Below, one piece after another: positions 1 through 10,911 of a stretch of 64,000 nucleotides of DNA. The notes below the pieces were generated by a model, which was not told where the DNA came from, did no database searches, and saw nothing but the letters and a program-made list of their open reading frames with translations. Location of the stretch: assembly GCA_964188305.1 (NCBI GenBank), contig OZ076901.1; one strand, given 5' to 3'. The position numbers and the translations under genes were made by a program. Position 1 is the first letter of the stretch, and the number at the start of each line of letters is the position of its first letter. The DNA comes from Podarcis bocagei. Taxonomy: Eukaryota.

Positions 1-1248
1 TGACCACAGTTTCCGACATACTGCGTGCACACAAACCCTGCCCCAACAATTTCTGTCTCTGCTCTGACTCAGGAAGTGCTTAGAGCCTTCACCAACCTGG
101 TGCCCTCCAGATGTTCTGGACAACAACTCACATCAGCTCCAGCTACCACAATTGACCTAGAGATCCCACAGCTGCCCTGAGGATTCTTCCCTCTGTAGAA
201 ACGTCCCCATTCAATACAGTGGGGGGACCCAATCTGCAGCTTCAGGTGACAGCTACTCACATAAGAGACTTGCATGCAAATACGACTGCTTGTACATGTG
301 TAAGACTACATTACAAACAAGCCTAGTTACCCATCATACGTTAGCAATATTGCCCTGACTCCTCCTAAGCAGCAACCTGAAATCATTGACACTGCTGACG
401 TTAATCTAAAGGAACTTTGGCCTTGTGCTGAGCCCCACTGGATGTTCTTCCCAAACACAACCGGGAGAACCAAAACAGCAGGAGTAAGGACATTTCCTTC
501 TTGCAACAAACATATGCACTACAAATCCATAAGCCCCAAGTTCAATAAACTCCCTATAAGGATTTAGTTAAGTCAACTCTCAGTCTCAGTTTACCCCATC
601 TGCAACATGGGGAGAATAGTACTGACCCCAACTTACAAGGCATGTTAAGGAATACTAAAATAATAGATAAGAAGTACTTTTAGTTATTTAAAACACTATA
701 TAAATGCTAATTATTATTTGCCATTATCATCATTAAAGCTGCATTGAAGTGGGCAAAACTCCAGGCATTTCTAACAAAATCAATCCTTTTGAAGATCATA
801 TTCAAAAGTATGTACAAGCCATTTATTTTGGTGGAGGCACTACTAATTGAAGCTAAGGAATTTGGCACAAAAGAGACGATTGACTGATTGCCTTGACAAT
901 GATGCATATAGTATTACAACTAACCTTGACAAACTTGAATTATAAATCATGAGCTAAGAGGCAGTCAGGTGGGGGAAACTGACTGGAGGTTTTCTGGAGA
1001 AGAAAAAGATTACCCCCTGTACTCCAATTCCCGTCCTGACTTTATGGCATGGATGACCAACCTGATTGGGCTCTAACCCAATTTCTCTAGCTATTGGCCA
1101 TGCTAGCTGGGGCTGATGGGTCTTAAGAGTCTAAGAGCAGCCAGAGGCTCACAGGTTAGCCACTCCTAAGTGTATGGGTTCTTGTTTTACTATGATACCA
1201 ACTCACAATGGTAAAATCTATCACAATGATAGGGAGGGGCCAGAGGTA

Positions 1249-1860
1249 CCGTATTTTTCGCCCCACAAGACGCACCGGCCCATAAGACGCACCTAGTTTT
1301 TTGGGGGGGGAATAAAGGGAAAAAATTTTTATTTCCCCCCCCCAGGTGCGCTGCGCTAATCCCGAAGCTTGGGGCGTGTGGAGCTCAGCACGCCCCAAGC
1401 TTCTGGGTGCCGGCAAGGTCTCCGCTAGCCTTGGGAGAGCCGCGCGGCTCTCCCAGGGCTAGCGGACTGCTGCGCTAATCCCGAAGCTTGGGGCGTGCGG
1501 AGCTCAGCGCGCCCCAAGCTTCTGGGTGCCGGCAAGGTCTCCGCTAGCCGTGGGAGAGCCGCGCGGCTCTCCCAGGGCTAGCGGACCGCTGCGCTAATCC
1601 CGAAGCTTGGGGCGTGCGGAGCTCAGCGCGCCCCAAGCTTCTGGGTGCCGGCAAGCTCTCCGCTAGCCCTGGGAGAGCTGGGTCTCCCACAGCTAGCGGA
1701 TAGCTTCCTGAAGCCTGGAGAGCAAGAGGGGTCGGTGCGTACCGACCCCCCTCGCTCTCCAGGCTTCAGCGAAAGCCTGCATTCGCCCCATAAGACGCAC
1801 ACACATTTCCCCTTCATTTTTGGAGGGGAAAAAGTGTGTCTTATAGGGCGAAAAATACGG
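1249..1860. mobile_element. Non-autonomous Tc1/mariner (Tc2-type) element with internal palindromic tandem array
   Basis: TA at 1247-1248 and 1861-1862; TIRs CCGTATTTTTCGCCCCACAAGACGCAC / GTGTGTCTTATAGGGCGAAAAATACGG; subterminal CCATAAGACGCAC repeats; no transposase ORF. Confidence 0.9.
1351..1700. repeat. 119-bp GC-rich tandem repeat, about 3 copies, each with two hairpins
   Basis: CTGCGCTAATCCCGAAGCTT recurs at 1351, 1470 and 1589. Confidence 0.95.
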
Positions 1861-1984
1861 TATATAATTTAGTTAATTTAGCTAATTCTCCAATAAGCAG
1901 AACCTCTATAAACCCTTTGCCAAGTGTGTTGGGAAGGCAGCTAATATGAAAAATGGGATCAATGTGTCTTTTCCATCTATTTAG

Positions 1985-2208
1985 TTTTTATTTTATTTTA
2001 TTTTATTTATTAAATTTGTACTCTGCCCTATACCTGTAGATCTCAGGGTGGTTCACAACATATAAAAAACAGAAAACACGTAATAAAAACAAGAACAAAG
2101 ACAACCCAATAACCGCCCACCCTCCCACAATGCATTTTTAAAAGGCACTGGATGTCTATCAGTCAAAGGCCTGATTAATGTTGAACGTTTTTGCCTGGTG
2201 CCTAAAAG
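1985..2208 (-). mobile_element. Degenerate LINE (L2-type) 3' end
   Basis: (TTTTA)n tail followed by ...ctgccctatacc..gatctcagggtggttcacaaca..., resembling squamate L2 3' ends (from recall). Confidence 0.5.
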
Positions 2209-3303
2209 TGTACCTTATCTTTATTAATCATACATATATAGTTTGGTCTGACAACTTAGGCCAAGAGGTTGGGGCAACACTGCTTAGAGCTGACTGTGAC
2301 TAACTGGTATACAACTTGTTGAAATACTCATTTTATTTTTTAAAGGCTGCTGGGCCAAACCTTCTTGAGGAGTTCCAGGTCCTCGGCCTAAGTTTCCAAA
2401 ACAAAGGCAAATAAGTTTATGTGCATGAGGGGAAGGTAGATGGCAGGGGGGCTGCACTGGGTGGCAGTCTACTTTGTGGGAATCAGAGAGAAAGTTACTT
2501 GGCTACCTCCACTGTTTAAGGAACTGTCTACCAGGTGTAACTCTAACATTACCACTGTGCACCGAGCTGGAGGCTTTGCACAATGGGCCCAATGGGACAG
2601 TGGGCCTAAGAACGTTGGCAAGAAACCAGCCCTAAGGTTGTGTGTATTTCTTCTGTTTCACCAAGAGAAGCTGCATAATTGATAGCAGACATGGTGTTGC
2701 AAATGAAGATTCCCACCATCACACAAGGCACCATTCCTGGCAGCACAATTGATCCATAGACAGCACTGTTCCTGTATCTAGATAACGCCTTGACTTGACT
2801 GCAACTAAATTATACCGTTTGCACAGTCAATGGGCACCTCTAAGCTTTTGCACAAATCCCATTCATTCACATAATCAACAGTTTTGAATAACAAACACCT
2901 GATCATCCATTTGACAACCTGGTAAACCTCGCAAGGATCTAGTCCAGTTTAATTCTCATGCAAGAGAAACTGGACTAACCCCAGGCTTCACTGGTTTGGA
3001 CAACTGGAACTATGTCCTGCCATCTGCTGATTAATACAAATGCATACCATGCACTGGTATTTAGCTGTGACATTTGAGAGTTACTGTGATAAGAACTAAG
3101 CTGCCATGTGGAATCAGATCAAAAGACCCATTTAACCCAGCTTCCTGTGGTCAACAGGAACCGAGAGATGTTTCATGGAAATTCATGAGCCAGCAAAGGA
3201 AGTGATAATTTATTCTTACTGTTCAGTCCCCATCATCTGTTAGTCTGAAATGTACCACTGCTGGAAGATGGGGATTACAATTTTGGCTGCTGAACTGAAC
3301 TAG

Positions 3304-3441
3304 ACTTCCCCAACTGGTGCCCTTCAGATGTTGTTGGACTCCAACTCTCATCAACTGCAGCCAGAATTATGAATGCTCAAAAATGAAGATAAAATTTGTA
3401 ATTGCAAGCATCTGGAGGGTACCCAGTTGGGGAAGGATCTG
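3304..3441. mobile_element. Short foldback MITE (hAT-like); related copies near 85-150, 1050-1160, 18424-18550, 20860-20940, 22850-22935, 34860-34995 and 35620-35730
   Basis: CTTCCCCAACTGGTGCCCTTCAGATG ... CATCTGGAGGGTACCCAGTTGGGGAAG inverted arms; the core ccagatgttg..ggact.caactc.catca recurs across the window. Confidence 0.7.
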
Positions 3442-3692
3442 CTAAATCAACTCCACTCCTCCTTTTATTATGGTGTGCTAACAATATTGAGCACTGATGG
3501 TTTAGGAGGCCCATTTGTTGCCATTTTGCTTCACCCCACACTTGCTTAGTCTGCTCCCATAGCACAGATCTCTTGTTTGAACTAATGACAAAACCAAAGC
3601 ATAAATGCCTGAAAATTAACTGGAACGTAATGGCAATATACAAAGAACAAGGAAACTCATCAGCAAGGCATCCAGCCCACACACCAGACAAA

Positions 3693-3734
3693 ACAGCAGC
3701 AGCAGTAGCAACAACAACAGCAGCAGCAGCAGCA
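3693..3734. repeat. (CAG/CAA)n compound microsatellite
   Basis: cagcagcagcagtagcaacaacaacagcagcagcagcagcag. Confidence 0.9.
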
Positions 3735-6175
3735 GGTCTAAATTCTTCATGTTTCTCCTCCCCCTGCCCATTCCAGTCTCCATTAGAAACTATCCAAAGG
3801 AGGATGAACCTTTATGGTTCCTTAGCATAGAGTGTTCAACGGCAGAAGTGAACGTTTCAAAAATATTTAGCAGTTTTACTCTGAGCTTCTTGAAGGGGAA
3901 ATTCCTCAGGGAAAAATAACCTAGCCACCTCTCCCAGCTTTTTGCATTGTTTGGCTGATTTACAATGAATTCTCATGCTATATTTGAACACAGAAAATGC
4001 TGCCATTAGTAGCTGAACATAGGGAACTATAGATAGTGGATCGGTCTATTTCTGGTTTGTGCCTGTTTTCCATGTGTTCATTCATAAGTTTATTCTGTCT
4101 CATTTCCACATTAATCTACTTTCCCATTTTTTAAACTAATCCAGATAATAATTCACATTTAAGGATGTATTCATATTTTAATATGTATTTTTACCATAAA
4201 ACATACATTTAGATCAGCATTTTAGCTCAATATGCACACTTCTGAACATATTTAATCCTAAAATATGCTTTAAAAATATACTGTTGTACTTGATTTGGTC
4301 TATCCATTTTTCTAAATAAAACATGCCTTCCCATGTGGCTCAAACAATCTATAGTATGGCTTCTTGTGTCATTTGAACCTGGACTGTGATTTGTTTGCCT
4401 TAACCAAACATTAAACAGCAAGCCAAAAATAAACCAAGAAGTCAGATAGGAACTTGCGTGGCAGGAGAGAAGCCTGTTCACAATGAAAACATGGCTCAGG
4501 ACAAACTGTAGCTTATCATGACATACAAAGCAGTCCAATGCCTCCAAACCATTCTGCTCTCTATGTACAGTATGTGTTTGGATCTGAATTCCCTACTTTT
4601 CTACACTGTCATAACTAATGAAAAAGGTTCAACACTTTTCTTTGACCTTAAACGCAATTAACTAATAAGCACTGCTTGAATTTGTAGCTGCATAAGAACT
4701 GAGCAATGCTCTCCCTTTCTTTCTTTATTCACTTGCTGTTCACATGGGACTATTATGACGAGCGGCCAGCCCTGTGCAGCTTCTGGCCACATCCAATCCG
4801 AAGACATCATCTTTATTTCAAAACTGCTAATTATTTTTGCCATCAAGAACAAAAAAATGATTTCGATATGTGGTCGACGACAGTTAACAAGCGAGCACAA
4901 AGGCAGCCAGGGCTTTTGTGCCTGGAGTTACGTGCAGCGTGAAAGAGTAAAAGTGCAGGATATCAAGAGAAAAAAGAATGAACAAGCTCATTTGGGTCCA
5001 CAGAATGTTTTTAGGCTACATATGCATCTCTCCCTTCCCTCACCCCCCCCCCCAATTTCTCCCAAGCAACTTCTGCTTTTGGTAGTTGCTGTAATGGCTG
5101 TTGCACACTGGAATCGCAGCACCAATACCCGGCCCATCACCTAAGAGCAAAAGGATGGGTACAACATTCCTTGCATGTTTGGCAGTCAGAAAGGAACAAA
5201 AACATGCACCTCCCAAGAGGCTACAGATCCAGCAAGCTCCTGGGAAGCAATGGAATAGATTATTTAGGTCTGCAAATAAATAATCATTTCTTCGTGTGTG
5301 GTTAAGAAATCGCCTCTGGGCAACCATGCAAGGAGAAGTAGATGGAGAATTGGTTCTGTTACCTGGGGCTAGAATCAATAACACATAGCTCCACATGGTG
5401 TACCATCGACAGTGGAAGGTCACCAGATACTAGAATGACTCCACCCACCCAGGCTGGTTTTTGGTTGTAGTCAACAAAAAGGGCTACAAAACCTCCCTAT
5501 TAGTGCTAGGACTTGGCCTCAGAAATAAAAGCCTTTCCTGGCTCTAGACTTGGGCCCTAGCACATACCCTTTGGCTCCTGGCTCTCTCTTGATGGCTTAG
5601 CTCAGGGAAGTTCCATTCTTATGTGAAGCCATTGCAGGTTTGCAAATTACTAAGGCGGGGATTTGTTTGTTTTTTGCTAAGCTGACATAAATATGAATCC
5701 TACCTTAACATACAACAAGAGCAATGAAATTGTATGAGGCTAGTTTCACCCTGTTCTGCTACCTCTCAACAGGCCAATATACGTATTGCACACATCACAG
5801 GAGACTGCTGAACCCAGCCCCCAACTATCTATCATGTGTTTTTTGCAATGCATAATATCATTTGGATTCTTACAATCACAATGACTCCATGTCAATGACA
5901 GATATTCTGATCTATGCTAATTGGACATGGGGGACCCAGAGGTAAGGGCTACAGTGAGATCCATTGGCTTACTACAGTGGAATCAGGTTAGTTGTCAGCA
6001 GCCGTTTATCCTCCAAGGGATTTGTATGACATTTTGGGAACATGCCTTGGTAGAATAGCAGCCAACGGTGTAAGCCAGGGAGTCCCCAATTCAAATTCCA
6101 CCTCATCTGTTGACTCTCTTGGTAGCTATAGCTATGTTACGCTTTCCTTCGTCTTGAATCCTCCATTAGCAGTGT

Positions 6176-6577
6176 GGGAAAGGGAACGAGGAATCTGCCA
6201 ATTTTGAATTTCATTAGTTTCCCATTTCTGCAGTTTTAAGTTCAGTTCATGACATTTCAGCATCAGTGTGCAATTCTGTTTGAAAAAAGTCTCATGACTC
6301 TGAATTTTATTGCCATTTTTTCCTACTATGTATATACCTTTCAGAATCCAATTTTACCTAATGTACACATTTTTGCAAGCAATCGTCTTTAGTATAATGC
6401 ATTTTAAGGCACATTTTCTCCTAATATACAATTTTTTGGGGCAGAGGAACTGCATTGCAAAATATATGAATTTCAAAAGATAGGTGCGTTTTGGTTCACA
6501 TATTGCCTCAAAAATGGAAAGTTAGGTAAGTCCTTATTAAAATGAAATCCAAGCCATGTTCCCACTCCCGTCCCTAG
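6176..6577. mobile_element. Old AT-rich non-autonomous DNA element; related copies at about 4020-4330 and 19595-19850
   Basis: Shared motifs (aatatgcacacttctg / aatgtacacatttttgc / tgcattgcaaaat) and degenerate AGGGA...TCCCTA ends. Confidence 0.4.
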
Positions 6578-6808
6578 TGTGGGAAATCTAATCTTGGTGA
6601 ACCCTAGAGAGCTGTTGCATGGGATACTGAAATAATATAACTATTAAATATTACTATCTGCATGTGAACCAAGCTTAGAGGAACAGCGGTTCCAGTGTGC
6701 AACATTATACTGCCAGTTGAGAGGGAGTAGAGGAAGCTCCTAGGCCTTCTACTTCCCCTGATTTTATTGCCCTGCTGCAGGAGGACTGGACCTAAGGTGA
6801 AGCAATAC

Positions 6809-6951
6809 CTTCTCTTCATTACTGATGTTCCGTGTAGAGGTCCTCCACGTGATGGAGGGGATGGGGTCTCCAGAAGCTTCACAGGTCAGAGTGATCTGGT
6901 CTTCCAGTTCCATAGCAGTTTTGTTCTCCACATAGGTGATTTTGGGTTTTG
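6809..6951 (-). CDS. NCAM1: NCAM1 coding exon 8 (N-terminal half of Ig4), 143 bp
   Basis: tttAG|CAAAACCC...GAAGAGAAG|GTattg; (A)KPKITYVENKTAMELEDQITLTCEASGDPIPSITWRTSTRNISNEEK; phase 1/0; this exon precedes the VASE insertion point. Confidence 0.97.
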
Positions 6952-8725
6952 CTAAAGAAAGGGTACAAAAGCACACAAAAGAAGGTTTATTTGGTTGTTG
7001 GTTTATGTTGTCTGAAAACACAGGGCACCATCCTCCGAGGAGTCACAACTGAGCAAGGCTCATCAAAATAAATTCCATTCCCATTTATTTCATTGGGAAT
7101 TGCCAAGAGTCTGACCATTACTAGTTGCAGGCATAAGGGAACCAAAACCTATCAAGGCTTTGCAACTGTATACATGAATCTTAATAATCAATTTATTATT
7201 TTTAAGAACAATAATGCTAGATAGTAATATTAAGGCTACAATCCAAGCAAATATTGGCTGCACTCCATTAACAACCTAGAAATAAGATCAATATAAGTAT
7301 CCTTCTAAGGAGGCATACATAGGATTGTGCTCAAATTCTCTCACTAAAATCCATACAATTGAAATGTAATTAACTTCTTTGTTTCTTTATTTTTAAGGCA
7401 TTTGTGTACAGCCATTCATAAACATTTATTCCAGGGTACTTAACAAAACAATACAAATCAAACACAGTCAGAAAAAAATATACAATGCAACATTAGCTTT
7501 TGATGGATCATATTAAAGTATACTATAATCCCATAATGAAAGTTAATTTGCATAATAATCTTGTTCATTTTGCATATTTTTGCTCCTGCACACTGCAGAA
7601 AGAGATTTTAAGGAGCAGCTGAATATTCACTAGGCATTGTTTTTACCCAGGGCATCTCAGGGGCCATAGAGTCGATTGATTCTCACTATCTAATGACAGA
7701 GGGAAAGGTCCAACCTCGTGAGGCATTTAACATCGGATGCCTCCTTCAGGAGGCTGTGGGAAGGTCTGCAGCTAGTTCCTCTCAGACATCAAGGCACCGA
7801 CATCACACACAAGAGGAAGCACCCCAAGTGTGTGCATGTGGGTCAGGATCCTGATAGGAAGGGCACCCTGATAAGCTCCTGGAACATGAGAAAAACCATG
7901 TCAGCGCAGGAGCTTTATTACCCACAACCAAAGTCAATGGGCGGGAAACTTTCTCTCAAAAATGTGTATTTTAGTGGTTGTGGTTATTATGATTGGTTTT
8001 AATGTTTACTTTTGTAAGTCACTTTGGGTCATTTTTGTGAGGAAAGCAACTAGTAGCAATAATAATAATAACAATGGTAGACACCACACAAAGCCAGAAC
8101 ATAAGAAGAAAATGTGTATCTCACACAGAACCATAGATAGGTGATCTTGCACCCCTAACAGAACCGCCTAGATTGCGCCCCCTAGCCACAGACAAATTAG
8201 CTCTTCTTTCTGCCTCTCCTCCAATCCCCCAACCCCATTCAATTCACCCTCTATTTAAAACCATTTCTTATGAGGCAATAATCAATATTTATAGTTATGG
8301 ACATAGTTTTAAACTACTTTTGGGGCCCTCCCCATCGCCTGCACCCCTGGCAGGGGCCCACCTCACCACCCCCTAGCCACGGCCCTGATCCCACACACCT
8401 ACCTTCTACTCTGCTGTTGAGTCCAGAAGACAAGGGTGGCTTGATTCTCTCTCCTGACCCTTTTGGATTGCTCTCTCAAGAATTAGAAACTTGCCAAATA
8501 TTACATGAAATCTGGGAAGCTAAGCTGGGGACTAGCAAACTCATTTTTATCTATGTACCAGGTATAGACATACAGTGGTACCCCGCAAGACGAACGCCTC
8601 GCGAGACGAAAAACTCGCAAAACGAAAGGTTTTTTCGTTTTCGAGTTGCCTCGCAAGACGAATTTCCCTATGGGCTTGCTTCGCAAGACGAAGCTTGCCC
8701 CGGGGACGAAGCTTGCTCCCGGGGA

Positions 8726-9155
8726 CAGGGAGATCACTATCTCCCCGCAGCCCCTTGCTTCAAAAGAGGTCCGGGGGCAGCGGGAAGCTAAGCGCTTCTT
8801 TCCCGCTGCCCCCCAACGTCTTTTGCAGCAAGGGGCTGCAGGGAGATCGCTATCTCCCCGCAGCCCCTTGCTTCAAAAGAGGTCCAGGGGCAGCGGGAAG
8901 CTAAGCGCTTCTTCCCTGCTGCCCCCCGACGTCTTTTGCAGCAAGGGGCTGCAGGGAGATCGCTATCTCCCCGCAGCCCCTTGCTTCAAAAGAGGTCCAG
9001 GGGCAGCGGGAAGCTAAGCGCTTCTTCCCTGCTGCCCCCCGACGTCTTTTGCAGCAAGGGGCTGCAGGGAGATCGCTATCTCCCTGCAGCCCCTTGCTGC
9101 AAAAGACGTCCGGGGGAAGCGGGGAAGAAGCCGCTTCCCCCGGATGTCTTTTGCA
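8726..9155. repeat. 113-bp tandem repeat, about 3.8 copies
   Basis: CAGGGAGATC starts at 8726, 8839, 8952 and 9065. Confidence 0.95.
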
Positions 9156-9545
9156 GGGTTGCCGGCATGCCGAAGCCTGCGCGCGCTGACATCAGCGTTC
9201 CCAGGCTTCGCGGACCTCTCCGCCAGCAGGAGAGGTCCGCGAAGCCTGGGAGCGCTGATGTCAGCGCGCGCAGGCTTCGGCATGCCGGCAACCCTCCGCC
9301 AGCAGCGGCAGCGCTGCCGCTGCTGGCGGAGAGGTCCGCGAAGCCTGGGAGCGCTGATGTCAGCGCGCGCAGGCTTCGGCATGCCGGCAACCCTCCGCCA
9401 GCAGCGGCAGCGCTGCCGCTGCTGGCGGAGAGGTCCGCGAAGCCTGGGAGCGCTGATGTCAGCGCGCGCAGGCTTCGGCATGCCGGCAACCCTCTGCCAG
9501 CAGCGGCAGCGCTGCCGCTGCTGGCGGAGAGGTCCGCGAAGCCTT
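9156..9545. repeat. 99-bp tandem repeat (3 copies plus a partial) preceded by an inverted partial copy
   Basis: AGAGGTCCGCGAAGCC starts at 9231, 9330, 9429 and 9528; 9156-9229 is the reverse complement of most of the unit. Confidence 0.95.
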
Positions 9546-9999
9546 GGCCGGACAGCTTTTGAAGGCAGGCGGGGGGGGGGAGCAAAGACTTTCGCCCCCG
9601 CCAGCCTTCAGAAGAGGAAGGCTGGCGGGGGGCAAAAGTCTTTGTCCCCCCTGCCTGCCTTCCCAGGGGCTTTTAAATCGCCCCGGACAGCGGAGAAGTC
9701 CTCCGCTGTCCCGGGGTTTTTTAAAATGCTGGGGGTGGGAAGAAAAGCCCTTGCCCCCCCCCCAGCCTTCAGAAGAGGTCCGGGGACAGACTGTCCCCGG
9801 ACCTGGTCTGAAGGCGGTTTCCCTAGGAACGCATTAATTGATTTTCAATGCATTCCTATGGGAAACCGTGCATCGCAAGACGAAAAAACCGCAAGACGAA
9901 GAGAATTGCGGAACGAATTAATTTCGTCTTGCGAGGCACCACTGTATTTATTCATGTGCTGCTGTTGTTTTAGATTGTATGTGTGTGTATCTATATCTA

Positions 10000-10461
10000 T
10001 CTAGTTAAAGCTATGGTTTTCCCAGTAGTGATGTATGGAAGTGAAAGCTAGACCATAAAGAAGGCTGATCGCCGAAGAATTGATGCTTTTGAATTATGGT
10101 GCTGGAGGAGACTCTTGAGAGCCCCATGGACTGCAAGAAGATCAAACCTCTCCATTCTGAAGGAAATCAGCCCTGAGTGCTCACTGGAAGGACAGATCCT
10201 GAAGCTGAGGCTCCAATACTTTGGCCACCTCATGAGAAGAGAAGACTCCCTGGAAAAGACCCTGATGCTGGGAAAGACTGAGGACAGAAGGAGAAGGGGA
10301 TGACAGAGGACGAGATGGTTGGACAGTGTTCTCGAAGCTACCAGCATGAGTTTGACCAAACTGCGGGAGGCAGTGGAAGACAGGAGTGCCTGGCGTGCTC
10401 TGGTCCATGGGGTCACAAAGAGTCGGACATGACTAAGTGACTAAACAACAAACAACAACAA
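10000..10461 (+). mobile_element. 5'-truncated RTE-BovB LINE (ORF C-terminus plus 3' end)
   Basis: Encodes ...IDAFELWCWRRLLRAPWTARRSNLSILKEISPECSLEGQILKLRLQYFGHLMRREDSLEKTLMLGK..., the BovB C-terminus; ends ccatggggtcacaaagagtcggacatgact with a (CAA)n tail; contains in-frame stops. Confidence 0.95.
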
Positions 10462-10911
10462 TCTATTATCTATCTATCTGCACACACACACAAGGAACTA
10501 TTTAAACTTCTTATTTAAAAATAACTTCAAGATGCCTCATGGGAAGCAATTCAGATGAAACGAAATGAAACAAAATAAATAATTAACTTCCAAGCATTTG
10601 ATGGGATGGTTACTTTTACAACTTTTTAAGTTCATTATTCCTGAGGCTCTGTCTACTGGGGTGGTGTGGTAATGATATTATGGGTGGAATTCGACATAGC
10701 ACTAAGGAGATGGTTCCATTTCCATTTCTGCCTGTCTGATGGAATGATCTCCCCTTTCCTCTTCATGCTCACTGCTGTGGAAGTTCTCATGATCTCCAGA
10801 GCGGATTTGGAGGAGGCACAGGGTGCGTGCAGGGGGAAGAGGAGGTGAAGCTCCATTGAGGTAGCTGTAGTCGTGTACTGACTTCCACTAGTGGAACGGG
10901 TTATTTAAATC

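Larger units (their letters stand above)
1..6808 (-). other. NCAM1: NCAM1 intron downstream of exon 8 (VASE-bearing intron), continues beyond the window
   Basis: Phase-0 donor at 6808-6807; no ASWTRPEKQE (VASE) or TLDG... exon was recognised in 1-6808. Confidence 0.8.
8573..9944. mobile_element. Non-autonomous Tigger/pogo-type element with two internal palindromic tandem arrays
   Basis: TA at 8571-8572 and 9945-9946; TIRs CAGTGGTACCCCGCAAGACGAA / TTCGTCTTGCGAGGCACCACTG; multiple subterminal CGCAAGACGAA copies at both ends. Confidence 0.93.

Noticed and set aside
273-5330. RBFOX motifs (sense TGCATG) at 273, 2957, 3048 and 5325 in the VASE intron
   Set aside because: Four hexamers in 6.8 kb is not clearly above chance, and none is adjacent to an identified alternative exon
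1351-9545. Palindromic repeat arrays superficially like CRISPR or REP/BIME arrays
   Set aside because: Units are contiguous near-identical tandem copies with no unique spacers; no cas genes; the context is a vertebrate intron
8297-10004. Long overlapping ORFs (up to 286 aa) with repeated peptides on both strands
   Set aside because: They result from a GC-rich 99-bp (33-codon) stop-free tandem repeat inside a MITE; there is no transposase or other domain similarity
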